This document shows, piece after piece, positions 48,222 through 57,793 of a stretch of 64,000 nt of DNA. The notes beneath the pieces were generated by a model. The model made no database searches and was not told the origin of the DNA. It worked only from the letters and a program-made list of their open reading frames with translations. A program made the position numbers and the translations under genes. Location of the stretch: contig CAWCRS010000007.1 of assembly GCA_963798085.1 (NCBI GenBank), forward strand, positions 512,001 through 576,000. Direction: 5' to 3'. This DNA is from an uncultured Gemmatimonadales bacterium (GTDB lineage Bacteria > Gemmatimonadota > Gemmatimonadetes > Longimicrobiales > RSA9). The stretch's first letter is position 1. Each line of letters opens with the position of its first letter.

Positions 48222-51200
48222 ATGCGTCTCGTGTATGGGACCGTGCATCGGCTGCTCGCCGTTCTGCTGGTCGCGTTGCCGTCCGCGGCGGCGGCCCAGG
48301 GGGGCGGACGCGGCAATCAGGAACCGCAGGCGCCGCCCATCAATCCGGCGGATGACGCCATGCTGCGCGGCTTCCGCTGGCGATCGATCGGGCCGGCCGG
48401 GCAGGGCGGTCGCGTCGATGACTTCGCGGTAGTCGAGGGCAATCCCTCGATCTTCTACGTGGGCTTCGCCACCGGCGGCATCTGGAAGACGGTCAACAAC
48501 GGCACCACGTTCGAGCCCGTCTTCGATACCTACGGCACGCACTCCATCGGCGACCTCGCGTTGTCGCCTTCCAATCCGGATGTGCTGTACGTCGGGACGG
48601 GTGAGCCCAACAACCGGCAGAGCGCGTCCTTCGGCGCCGGCGTCTACAAGAGCACGGACGGAGGCAAGACCTTCACGTACATGGGGCTCAAGGAGACGCA
48701 GAGCATTGGGCGCGTCGTCGTGCACCCCACGAATCCGAACATTGCCTGGGTGGCGGCCGTGGGCCACCTGTTCGGGCCCAACCCGGAACGCGGCGTGTTC
48801 AAGACGGCGGACGGCGGCAAGACCTGGCGCAAAGTGCTGTTTGTGGATGAGAACACGGGCGCCTCGGACCTGGCCATCGACCCATCGAATTCTAACATTC
48901 TGTATGCGAGCACCTACCAGCGCCGGCGCACGGTGTGCTGTTTCGTGGGCGGCGGGCCGGGCAGCGGTCTCTGGAAGAGCGAGGATGGCGGGGAGCACTG
49001 GACGCGGTTGAGCGGCAACGGTCTGCCGCGCGGCACCATGGGCCGCATCGCGCTGGACGTGTCCCGCTCCACGCCTAACATTGTGTATGCACAGATCGAA
49101 GTGGCGCCCGACCGCGAGACGCCGGTTGCCGTGCCCGACTCCGGACGCGGCGGGCGGGGCGGACGCGGTGGTGGCGGCGGCGGTGGCGGCGGTGGTGGTG
49201 GCGGACGTGGGCAGAACCTGCCGCCCGACCCGCAGGCCAGCGGTGTGTGGCGCTCCACGGACCGCGGCAAGAGCTGGGAGTTCATTGCCAACCAGAACGA
49301 CCGGCCCATGTACTTCAGCCAGATCCGCGTCGATCCCAACAACGACAAAGTGCTGTACACGGGCGGTGTCTCGGCGCAGAAGTCGGTGGACGGCGGCAAG
49401 ACGTGGAAGTCCATTGAGGAAGGCAAGGGCCATGTCGACAACCACGCCATTCTGGATCGATCCGCACAACAGCAACCACGTGATGTACGGCAACGACGGC
49501 TCCGTCGACGTGTCGTGGGACGCGGCCGAGACCTGGGAATCGCTGCGCCCCTGGGCGGTGGGTCAGTCGTATCACACGTCGGTCGACATGCGCCGGCCCT
49601 ACTGGGTGTGCACCGGGCTGCAGGACAACGGCAGCTGGTGCGGTCCCAGCAGTGCGCGCGCGAACAGCATCCTGTCGTGGGACTGGTTCAATGTAGGCGG
49701 CGGCGACGGCTTCTACAGCGCCATCGATCCCACGGACTGGACCACGATCTATTCGGAGTCGCAGCAGGGCTCGATCAACCGTCTCGATCTGCGCCAGGGC
49801 TCGAGCGACGGCATTCGTCCGCGAGCGCCCGGTGCCGGCCGTGGCGGTGGTGGCGGCGGAGGTGGCGGCGGCGGGTTCGGTCCGCCCGGGACTAACATCG
49901 TGCCAGAGCCGCCCACGGGCACCGAGCTGCGCACCAACTGGAATTCGCCGATCCTGATCTCGCCGCACAATCCGCGGCTCATTTACATCGGCACCGACCG
50001 GTTCATGAAGTCCTATGACCGCGGTGAGACCTGGACCATGAGCGAGGATCTCACCAAGGGCATCGACCGCAGCACGCTCACCATCATGGGCCGCAAGGGC
50101 GACCTGCCGAACTGCGGGCGGCAGCACCAGGGCGAGTGCATTCTGTCCAAGAATGACGGCACCAACTTCTGGGGCACCATCTCGTCGATCGGGGAATCGC
50201 CGCTCGTGCCCGGCCTTCTCTGGGTGGGCACGGATGACGGCAACATCCAGCTCAGCAGGGACGGCGGCGCCACGTGGACGGAAGTGGGCAAGAACATCCC
50301 CGGTGGGACCAGGGACTACTACATCTCGCGGGTGGAGCCATCGCATTTCGATGCGGCTACGGCCTACGCCTCCGTCGACGGCCATCGCAGCGATGACCTG
50401 AAGCCGTACGCGTATGTAACACGCGATTACGGCAAGACCTGGTCGCCCATCAGCAGCAACCTGCCGGAGTGGGGCAACGTGAACTCCGTGCGCCAGGACC
50501 CGAAGAACCAGAACCTGCTGTATGCGACGACGGAGTTCGGGTTCTTCGTCTCGCTGGATGAGGGCAAGTCATGGAAGTCGTTCATGACCGGGCTGCCCGT
50601 GGTGCGTGTGGACGATGTGCTGATTCATCCGCGCGACAACGACCTCGTGCTGGCCACGCACGGGCGCAGCGTGTGGATCATGGATGACATCACGGCGCTG
50701 CAGCAGGCGACTCCCGAGAATCTGGCGAAGGACGTGTACCTCGCCGAACCGCGCGAGGCCGTGCTGTGGAAGAGCGACCGGCGGCTGATGCGCGAAGTGC
50801 CGGGCGAGAAGCACTTCCACGGCGAGAACGCGCCGCGTGGCACGGCCATTTCCTATTTCCTCAAGAGCGCACCAGCCGGCGACGTGAAGCTCACCATCAC
50901 GGACCTGGCGTCCGGCGAAGTCTTCCGAACACTCGAGGCCACGAAGCTGCAGGGCCTGAACCGTATCCAGTGGGATCTCTGCAGTGACCAGCACGAGGTG
51001 CAGCCCGGCCAGGGCCGCGGCTTTGGTGGGGGCGGTGGCGGCGGTGGTGGGTGTGGTGGTGGTCGTGGGGGTGGTGGCGGCGGCGGTGGCGGACGCGGTC
51101 AGGGACCGGTCATGGTGGCACGACTGGCAACGCCGGGCATGTACCGCGTGACGCTGAGCGTGGGTGGCAGGGAATACACACGCAACGTGAACGTGCTGGA

Positions 51201-51223
51201 AGACATCTCGGATGGAGATGTAA
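48222..51223 (+). CDS. Large secreted Asp-box/BNR (VPS10/sortilin-like) beta-propeller protein; +1 frameshifts near 49449-49452 and 51209
   Basis: AAGGAG RBS, signal peptide, WRSIGP, many SxDGGxTW boxes across ORFs 48129-49895 and 49081-51432. Corrected junctions read DNHAIWIDP and VLEDIWMEM*. Confidence 0.85.
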
Positions 51224-51271
51224 CGGAACCGGTCCTTCGCCTGTCAGTCGGCGGAGGCGAGTGGTTGGACT

Positions 51272-51473
51272 CTCCGGACCGTCTTGGCGTTGTTGGCTTG
51301 CGACGCAACCTGTCATGGGTCCGTCTCAGAAAGACCGGTCAGGCCCTGTTCAGCAGCTCCAGGACAGGGTCTGACATGGGTTTCCGGGCCGTGTGGCTTG
51401 GACGATGGAATGACCTCTGGCGGCGGCGATAGCGTTACCGGCCAAACCCCAACAACGCCAAGACGGTCCGGAG
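51272..51473. repeat. 202-bp element with perfect 25-bp terminal inverted repeats (MITE/REP-like)
   Basis: CTCCGGACCGTCTTGGCGTTGTTGG (51272-51296) is the exact reverse complement of 51449-51473; internal hairpin GTCAGGCCCTGT/ACAGGGTCTGAC. Confidence 0.8.
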
Positions 51474-51615
51474 GGGATGGCACCTCACCCTCTCGGCCCT
51501 CGCATGACAGTTCGCGCCATTCATGCTGGTGCGCGGGTCGCAATACGCAGTCGTTGCGCCATGGCTGCACGCATCGCCTGAAGCGTCGCATGCCGGTTCC
51601 GGCCGAAAGGAAACA

Positions 51616-52923
51616 ATGACCCGATGGACCCGCATTGCCTGCCTGGCGTTGGCCGCACTCGCGCCCGCCTGCCGCGGCGCAGCGCCGCGTTCCACGGCGA
51701 CCGTGCGCGACAGCGCCGGCATCCGCATCGTCGAGAACAGCGGCCCGCTCTGGCCGGCGGGCGGCGGGTGGCGCCTTGACTCCGTGCCCGCGCTCGCCAT
51801 TGGGGTCGTGCAGGGCGAGGAACCGTATCAGCTGGCGGATGTGCGCGGTGTCGCGCGCTATGCCGACGGCCGCATCGTCCTGGCCAACGGGGGCAGCAGC
51901 GAGATCCGCATCTTCGACGTGAACGGCCGGTTCCTCCGCAGCATCGGGCGCGAGGGCGCGGGCCCGGGTGAGTTCCAGTACCTGCGGCGTCTCTTCCTGC
52001 TTCCCGGCGACTCGCTGCTGGTGGTGAGCGGCTTCGGCAACCGCTACACGGTTTTCGATCCGGCGGGCCAGGTGGCGTCCATCAGCACGACGCCATCGGT
52101 CACCCCGCTGGCTCGCTTCGGCGATGGCACCTTCCTGACAACGCGTTATGCGCAAACGGTACCGGCCGGGCAGCTCGGTTTCGTGCAGGACACCGTGGTG
52201 TACTCCTGGTACGGCTCCCGCATCGTGTCGGGCCCGGACATCGCGCAGACCGCCGGCAACGCCTACGACCCGAAGGCCGCGGCGGCCTTCGTATTCAATA
52301 CAATCGCGCGCGTCACCGGAAATCAGGAGTACCGCTCCGAAGTTGCGTTCAGCAATCCGGTCACGTCCTCGAGCTCCGGCGGCACACGCGTGGTGAGCGG
52401 GCGCGGCATTTTCAACGATCCCGTGCCGTTCACGCCGCGCGCCGTGCAGGCGGTGCGCGGACAGGAGCTGTTCACAGGCAGCGGCGCCACATTCCAGATC
52501 GCGGTCTACGCACACAATGGCGGCCTGCGCCGCATCATCCGTCTGAACCAACCAAATCGGAAAGTCACCGGCGCCGACATCGACGGCTGGAAGCAGGAGC
52601 TGCAAGACGGGGCGCGCAACAATGTCCAGCGCACACACGCGCAGCGACTCATCACCGACATGAAGTTCCCGGATGCCATGGCTGCCTTTTCGGCCATGCT
52701 CGTGGACAGTGACGGCGACCTCTGGGTGGAGCGCTATCGCGTGCGCAGCAATGATGCGCAGCACTGGGTGGTGTTCGATCCGGACGGGCGCTGCCTGGGC
52801 GACATCGATACGCCGGCGCGTTTCGACGTCAACGAGATCGGCGACGACTACCTGCTCGGTGTCTGGCGCAGCGCCGACGACGTTCCTTTCGTGCGACTGT
52901 ACGCAATACACAAGCAGCCCTGA
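51616..52923 (+). CDS. 6-bladed beta-propeller lipoprotein
   Basis: AAGGA RBS; hydrophobic signal ending APAC; GREGAGPGEF, VDSDGDLWV, WVVFDPDGR. Confidence 0.82.
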   Translation: MTRWTRIACLALAALAPACRGAAPRSTATVRDSAGIRIVENSGPLWPAGGGWRLDSVPALAIGVVQGEEPYQLADVRGVARYADGRIVLANGGSSEIRIFDVNGRFLRSIGREGAGPGEFQYLRRLFLLPGDSLLVVSGFGNRYTVFDPAGQVASISTTPSVTPLARFGDGTFLTTRYAQTVPAGQLGFVQDTVVYSWYGSRIVSGPDIAQTAGNAYDPKAAAAFVFNTIARVTGNQEYRSEVAFSNPVTSSSSGGTRVVSGRGIFNDPVPFTPRAVQAVRGQELFTGSGATFQIAVYAHNGGLRRIIRLNQPNRKVTGADIDGWKQELQDGARNNVQRTHAQRLITDMKFPDAMAAFSAMLVDSDGDLWVERYRVRSNDAQHWVVFDPDGRCLGDIDTPARFDVNEIGDDYLLGVWRSADDVPFVRLYAIHKQP

Positions 52924-53249
52924 TCCACATCATGCATGCCGTGCAACAGGCCGCTCATGCTGTCCGCGAAGATCCGGCGCGGCTTCCGCCACCGGTGCGC
53001 CGCAACGGCAGCCCGCTCCACGGCCCGGAGCGTCATGCGGCCAGCCCAACGGAAGAAGCGGACGCCCGGCACAAGTCCAGGTGAGCGACCTCGCCCGGCA
53101 CGCTGAACGACGCAGGGCGCCTGACCCACGTGGGGCGTTGTCATTGGTCGGAGCGGGCCGGTTGCAGTTGCAGTAGAACGTACTCTGCTCGAGGAGCGCC
53201 TGTCGTACTGCCGCACCTGCCTCCCGCACGCAACCCGGCGTGCGCTGCG

Positions 53250-54245
53250 CTACCGGTTGCGCGCCTCGAGCCGGTGCTGGAACGCGAGCAGCGTGTCGCT
53301 CAAAAGTCGCGGCTGCTCCTCCTGCATGAATTCGCCGATGTGCGGGAAGCTGTCGGCGACGATGTCCGGGATGTGCGCAGTCATGGCGGTGACCTGGTCC
53401 GGCCGCAGGGGCGAGGACTTCCCGCCGTTGGTGAGCAGCAGCAGGACGGGCAGCTGCACCTGCTCCAGGCGGGGCCCGAGCGGCCAGGGCTCCTTCGCGA
53501 AGGCGAGGGCGCGCAGCCTGCGCAGGGTCGCGGAGAAATCGCGATCGTACGGCGCCGTGTACGCCTCCAGCACTGCGGGCGTGATCCAGGCGGAGTCGGC
53601 GGAGCTGTCGCGCAGACCGTCTATAACGCGATGTTTGACGATGCCCCGCCCGCCGAACAGGCGCAGCAACGGCGCCATGCGCAGCGCGGTGCGCAGCCCG
53701 CCGGAGCCGATTTCCTCGCTGGCACTGCCGTTGATGGAAACGATGCCCGCCGCCAGTTCGGGCCGTTGCAGCGCCAGGCGCAGGGCAATGGGAACCCCCA
53801 CCGCGTGAGCGACCAGCAGCACACCGCGCAGCCCCAGCGAGTCCAGCACCGCCGCCACGCGCGTGGCCTGTGCTTCCGTCGAGTAGTCGGCGCCCGCGGG
53901 CCCCGATGATGCGCCCGTTCCCAGAGGGTCCACCACCAGCACGCGATCACCCGCCGTCGCCAGGTCCGCGCTCACCTTGCGAAAGCCGAAGGCGCCACCC
54001 AGCAACCCGGGAATGATGACGACCGGCGGCCCTTCGCCCAGCGCCGTGACCGCGAGCGTTTCCGCGGGCGCCACCACGATGCGCTGCACCACCGACTGCG
54101 AAGCGCAGACAGGCGGAAGCACACTGCACGGCGCCGCAGCGGCGCGAGCCAACCCGGTGCGCGCGCGGGCAGTCAGGCAACGGCCTGTCCACGACTCGCG
54201 CCCGGCGAGGCTCCCCAGCAGCACAGCAGCAATCAGGCTCAGCAT
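53250..54245 (-). CDS. Alpha/beta hydrolase fold protein with degenerate catalytic residues
   Basis: GEGPPVVIIPG, VDPLGTGAS, elbow VAHAVG, C-terminal GEFMQEEQP. Confidence 0.82.
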   Translation of the reverse strand: MLSLIAAVLLGSLAGRESWTGRCLTARARTGLARAAAAPCSVLPPVCASQSVVQRIVVAPAETLAVTALGEGPPVVIIPGLLGGAFGFRKVSADLATAGDRVLVVDPLGTGASSGPAGADYSTEAQATRVAAVLDSLGLRGVLLVAHAVGVPIALRLALQRPELAAGIVSINGSASEEIGSGGLRTALRMAPLLRLFGGRGIVKHRVIDGLRDSSADSAWITPAVLEAYTAPYDRDFSATLRRLRALAFAKEPWPLGPRLEQVQLPVLLLLTNGGKSSPLRPDQVTAMTAHIPDIVADSFPHIGEFMQEEQPRLLSDTLLAFQHRLEARNR

Positions 54246-54638
54246 TTCGTCCGCTCAGGACACCGCCGGCTCACGTCGCAGTGGCTGTTATCACACGGCG
54301 TGCCCGCTGCTTGTTCCCGAAGCAGCAGGGACGCACGCTGCGGCCGCAGATCCGGACGACCACCGGGTGCCGCATGGCAGGCTGCGGTGCACGCGCGCCT
54401 CGCGACGCGCCGCTGACGAGAGGCGGTCGCGTCGCCTGCATCCGTCACTGAAGCCGCAGGCCGATCGATGCAGGACGCACGCCAGAGCGGGAAGGGAGGC
54501 GACGGGTCCGCAGACTGGATGGAAGCAGCGATCGGGGGTACGAACGTCATCGCGGAGGGGATCGGCGGCGTTCACATTGACAGGATCACCCGCAGACCGC
54601 ACTTCCAGGCAAGGCAGTACACGGCTGAAGGAGGTCCC

Positions 54639-55439
54639 ATGCCGAGCGTGTTCCAGACTCCCGGCGCGCTCCTGCTGCTGGCGCTGGCCGCAGCGCCGCT
54701 CGCGGCGCAGTCCGTCAAGGGTCGCGTGGTCGACGAGAAGACGCGCCAGGCCATTGCCAGCGCGACCGTCACGCTGCGCGCCGCTTCGGGCGAGGTGGTG
54801 GCGCACGACCTGAGCGACCGGGGCGGCTACTTCAAGCTGTCGGCGCACGCGGCCGGCGACTACACCATCGTGGTGGAGCCGCTGGGCTATGCGCCCGCCC
54901 AACGAGCTGTTAGCCTGAGCCCGCACCAGGAGCTGGTGGTGCCCGCGTTCGTGCTGGCGGCGCAGGCCATTCCGCTGGACTCCATCAGCGCCCGGGGCGA
55001 GCGCGCGCCGGACCAGCGCGCGGCCGTCGGGTTCACGCGTTCCAGCATGGTGCTGGCGGCCGGGCGCATGGCCATGCTCGAGCGGCAGGGCGCCACCCTG
55101 ATGACGGCAATTCGCGAGCTGAGCGGCGTGCGCATCCGCGAATTCATGACCGCGGGCGGCCAGAAGGTGACCTGCGTCGAAGCACTGCTGCGCTTCCGCA
55201 GCATCACCGGCGACGAGCGCTACTGCGAGCCCGTGGTCTTCGTGGTGGATGGGGTGCAGATCGGTTCGTCGGACTACCTGCTGCGCAACATGAACCTGAC
55301 CGACTACGAGAGCGTGGAGTTCCTGCCGCCCGCGGAAGCCGGCCAGCGCTATGGTCTGGAAGCCAGTTCGCACGGCGCGGTCGTGCTGTGGACGCGCGGG
55401 CGCGGCCCGCACGTGGACCCGGAACGCAACGGCCGATGA
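54639..55439 (+). CDS. Secreted carboxypeptidase-regulatory-like domain plus TonB plug-like domain protein
   Basis: GAAGGAGG RBS; signal peptide; KGRVVDEKT...SDRGGYF; PVVFVVDG...ESVEFL...YG...GAVVLWTR. Confidence 0.78.
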   Translation: MPSVFQTPGALLLLALAAAPLAAQSVKGRVVDEKTRQAIASATVTLRAASGEVVAHDLSDRGGYFKLSAHAAGDYTIVVEPLGYAPAQRAVSLSPHQELVVPAFVLAAQAIPLDSISARGERAPDQRAAVGFTRSSMVLAAGRMAMLERQGATLMTAIRELSGVRIREFMTAGGQKVTCVEALLRFRSITGDERYCEPVVFVVDGVQIGSSDYLLRNMNLTDYESVEFLPPAEAGQRYGLEASSHGAVVLWTRGRGPHVDPERNGR

Positions 55440-56011
55440 GTCAGCCCACGCAATCCCCAAACCCTGTGTTAAAGCGGGCGCGGAGCGGGCGCCGGGACCC
55501 GGCCCTGGCGGCCTCGCCCGCATCCTGTGCGGACTTCAGGCGACGCTTCCCGTCCGGGTCCGCTGCGGGTGAGCGCCGCCTGCGCATCGTCCGCCTGTCG
55601 CCGGCGCGCTGGGTGGCGCCCGTCGCCGCGGCGGGCAACGGCGGATCGGCGCGACCGGCGGAGATCGCAGACCCGGTGGAAGCGGCCAAGGTGTTCATCG
55701 AGGAGCACCTCGGGGAACCCATCAATGTCACGCGCATCGCGCGCGAGGTGGAGCTGACGCGGCCCGGCTTCACCCGCGTTTTCCGCGAGCGCACGGGCAC
55801 CTCGCCCTGGGCCTGGGTGCTGGATCGCCGAGTGGAGCGGGCCGCCCGCCTGCTGGAGCGCCAGGTGCCGCCCTCCGAGGTGGCGGACGCGCTGGGCTTC
55901 TGCGACCAGAGCCACCTGACGCGTGTTTTCAAGCGCCTCACGGGCGCCACGCCCGGCGAGTACCAGAGGGAACGGACAAAAGTACAAGACGAGACGTCGC
56001 CGGCACCTTAG
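55436..56011 (+). CDS. AraC family transcriptional regulator
   Basis: FTRVFRERTGTSP and EVADALGFCDQSHLTRVFKRLTGATPGEY; ATGA overlap with the upstream gene. Confidence 0.88.
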   Translation: MSQPTQSPNPVLKRARSGRRDPALAASPASCADFRRRFPSGSAAGERRLRIVRLSPARWVAPVAAAGNGGSARPAEIADPVEAAKVFIEEHLGEPINVTRIAREVELTRPGFTRVFRERTGTSPWAWVLDRRVERAARLLERQVPPSEVADALGFCDQSHLTRVFKRLTGATPGEYQRERTKVQDETSPAP

Positions 56012-56058
56012 TTTCCCTCCGCTGACCTGACCACTGGCTCACATTGCCCGGGGGGACA

Positions 56059-56643
56059 ATGAACGCAGCAAGAGACCGGGAGCATCCGGATACCGCCGTC
56101 ACGGAGGCCATCCGCGAGCGGCTGTTCCGCGCCCGCACCATCATTCTGAGTGGTGAAATCGATCAGCAGCTGGCCGCCGAGGTGCTTGCGCAGCTGCTGG
56201 CGCTTTCCGCCGAATCCGACGACGCCATTACCATGTTCATCAATTCGCAGGGTGGTCACGTCGAGTCCGGCGACACCATCCACGACGTTGTGCGCTACGT
56301 GCGACCGCGTATACGCATGGTCGGCACCGGCTGGGTGGCGAGCGCCGCGGCGAACATCTTCCTGGCGGTGCCGCTGGAGGACCGCTGCTGTCTGCCTAAC
56401 ACGCGATTCCTGCTGCATCAGCCGGCCGGCGGGACGGGCGGCAGTGCGGCCGACATCGAGATCGAGGCGCGCGAGATCGTGAAGATGCGGGAACGGCTGA
56501 ACCGGCTCATTGCCGCGCACACGGGCCAGCCCATCGAGCGCATCGAGGCGGATACGAAGCGCAATTTCTGGCTGGATGCGGAGGGCGCGAAGGCGTACGG
56601 CCTGGTGGGTCGCATCATCGACCATGCGGACCAGTTGAACTGA
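56059..56643 (+). CDS. clpP: ATP-dependent Clp protease proteolytic subunit (paralog)
   Basis: FINSQGG, WVASAA (Ser), LLHQPAGG (His), DTKRNFW. Confidence 0.93.
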   Translation: MNAARDREHPDTAVTEAIRERLFRARTIILSGEIDQQLAAEVLAQLLALSAESDDAITMFINSQGGHVESGDTIHDVVRYVRPRIRMVGTGWVASAAANIFLAVPLEDRCCLPNTRFLLHQPAGGTGGSAADIEIEAREIVKMRERLNRLIAAHTGQPIERIEADTKRNFWLDAEGAKAYGLVGRIIDHADQLN

Positions 56644-56655
56644 TCCGCGGGCGCG

Positions 56656-57492
56656 ATGACGGACTATCTGGACCAGCCGCTGCACGATTACGACCGTCCG
56701 GACCTCGTCTCCGCGTTCGACGAGGTGTCCCTGTGGGCGGCGTCCTTCGGCGCGCTGCTGCTCGAGTACCTGCCGCTGGACCGGGCGCGGCGGGTGCTGG
56801 ACCTGGCCTGCGGCGCGGGCTTTCCGCTGATCGAGCTGGCCGGGCGGCTCGGGCCGGCCAGCCAGTGCGTGGGTCTGGATGTGCGTTTCGCCGCGCTGCA
56901 GCGGGCGGCCCTCAAGCGTCGCGTCTTCGATCGCGACGACGTGGATCTGGTGCTTGGCAATGGCGGGCGCATGCCCTTCCGCGACGGGAGCTTCGACCTC
57001 ATCACCTGCAATCTGGGCATCAACAACATCCCCGAGCCGGCGCGCTGCATGAAGGAGTGCGCGCGCGTGCTCGCCACCGGCGGTCGTCTGCTGCTCACCA
57101 GCAACGTGCAGGGCCATTTCGCCCGGTTCTACGACGTGTTCCGGGAAGTGGTACGCTCACGCGGGCGTCCCGCTGCGCTCCAGCGATTGCACGACAACGA
57201 GGCGCACCGCGGCACGATCGAATCGCTGACCGGCCTCGTGGAAGCCGCGGGCCTGACGGTCACGCGCTGCGTCGAGCGCCCGCTCGAGTACCGTTTCGCG
57301 AACGGCAGCGCGCTGCTGCGCCATCCGCTGGTGCGCCTCGGGTTCCTGCCCGGGTGGCGCAGTGTGATCGAACCGGCGGAGGAGGTCGGTGTCTTCGCGG
57401 AAATCGAGGAGCGGCTCAACACGCACGCGACCGGAACGGGGGAACTGCTCATGACCGTGCCCATGCTGCTGCTCGAGGGAACGCTCTCCTGA
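56656..57492 (+). CDS. Class I SAM-dependent methyltransferase
   Basis: VLDLACGAG, GLD, MPFRDGSFDLI, RVLATGGRL. Confidence 0.9.
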   Translation: MTDYLDQPLHDYDRPDLVSAFDEVSLWAASFGALLLEYLPLDRARRVLDLACGAGFPLIELAGRLGPASQCVGLDVRFAALQRAALKRRVFDRDDVDLVLGNGGRMPFRDGSFDLITCNLGINNIPEPARCMKECARVLATGGRLLLTSNVQGHFARFYDVFREVVRSRGRPAALQRLHDNEAHRGTIESLTGLVEAAGLTVTRCVERPLEYRFANGSALLRHPLVRLGFLPGWRSVIEPAEEVGVFAEIEERLNTHATGTGELLMTVPMLLLEGTLS

Positions 57493-57793
57493 GACCCGGG
57501 ATTCGCGCAGGGTGCGTTCCGGTTGCACATTCGACGCACTCGCAGTAACCGTTTCCTGCGGGCCAGTGACATCATTGCAGGAGCGCCGGCTGCCGCGGTG
57601 CGAGCCTGCCGGCGCACATCAACCGCACAGTTCACGTTCGCCGCGCCGCGCATTCCGCTCCACCTGCGCCGCAGGACGTTCTCGCAATGCACACGGGTGT
57701 TCTGCGCGTGCCGCGAGAGCGCGCGCAGCGACTGGCTCGAATTCCGGGGTGTCGCACGTGGCATGAGTCGGGCACGCAGATGCGGGAGGGAAC

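Noticed and set aside
51224..51432. C-terminal extension of ORF 49081-51432
   Set aside because: It runs through the inverted-repeat element and disappears when C51209 is removed.
55500..55575. Possible further frameshift in the araC 5' region (alternative frame GGLARILCGLQATLPVRVRCG)
   Set aside because: That frame has no start codon after the upstream stop, while the called frame starts at an ATGA overlap.
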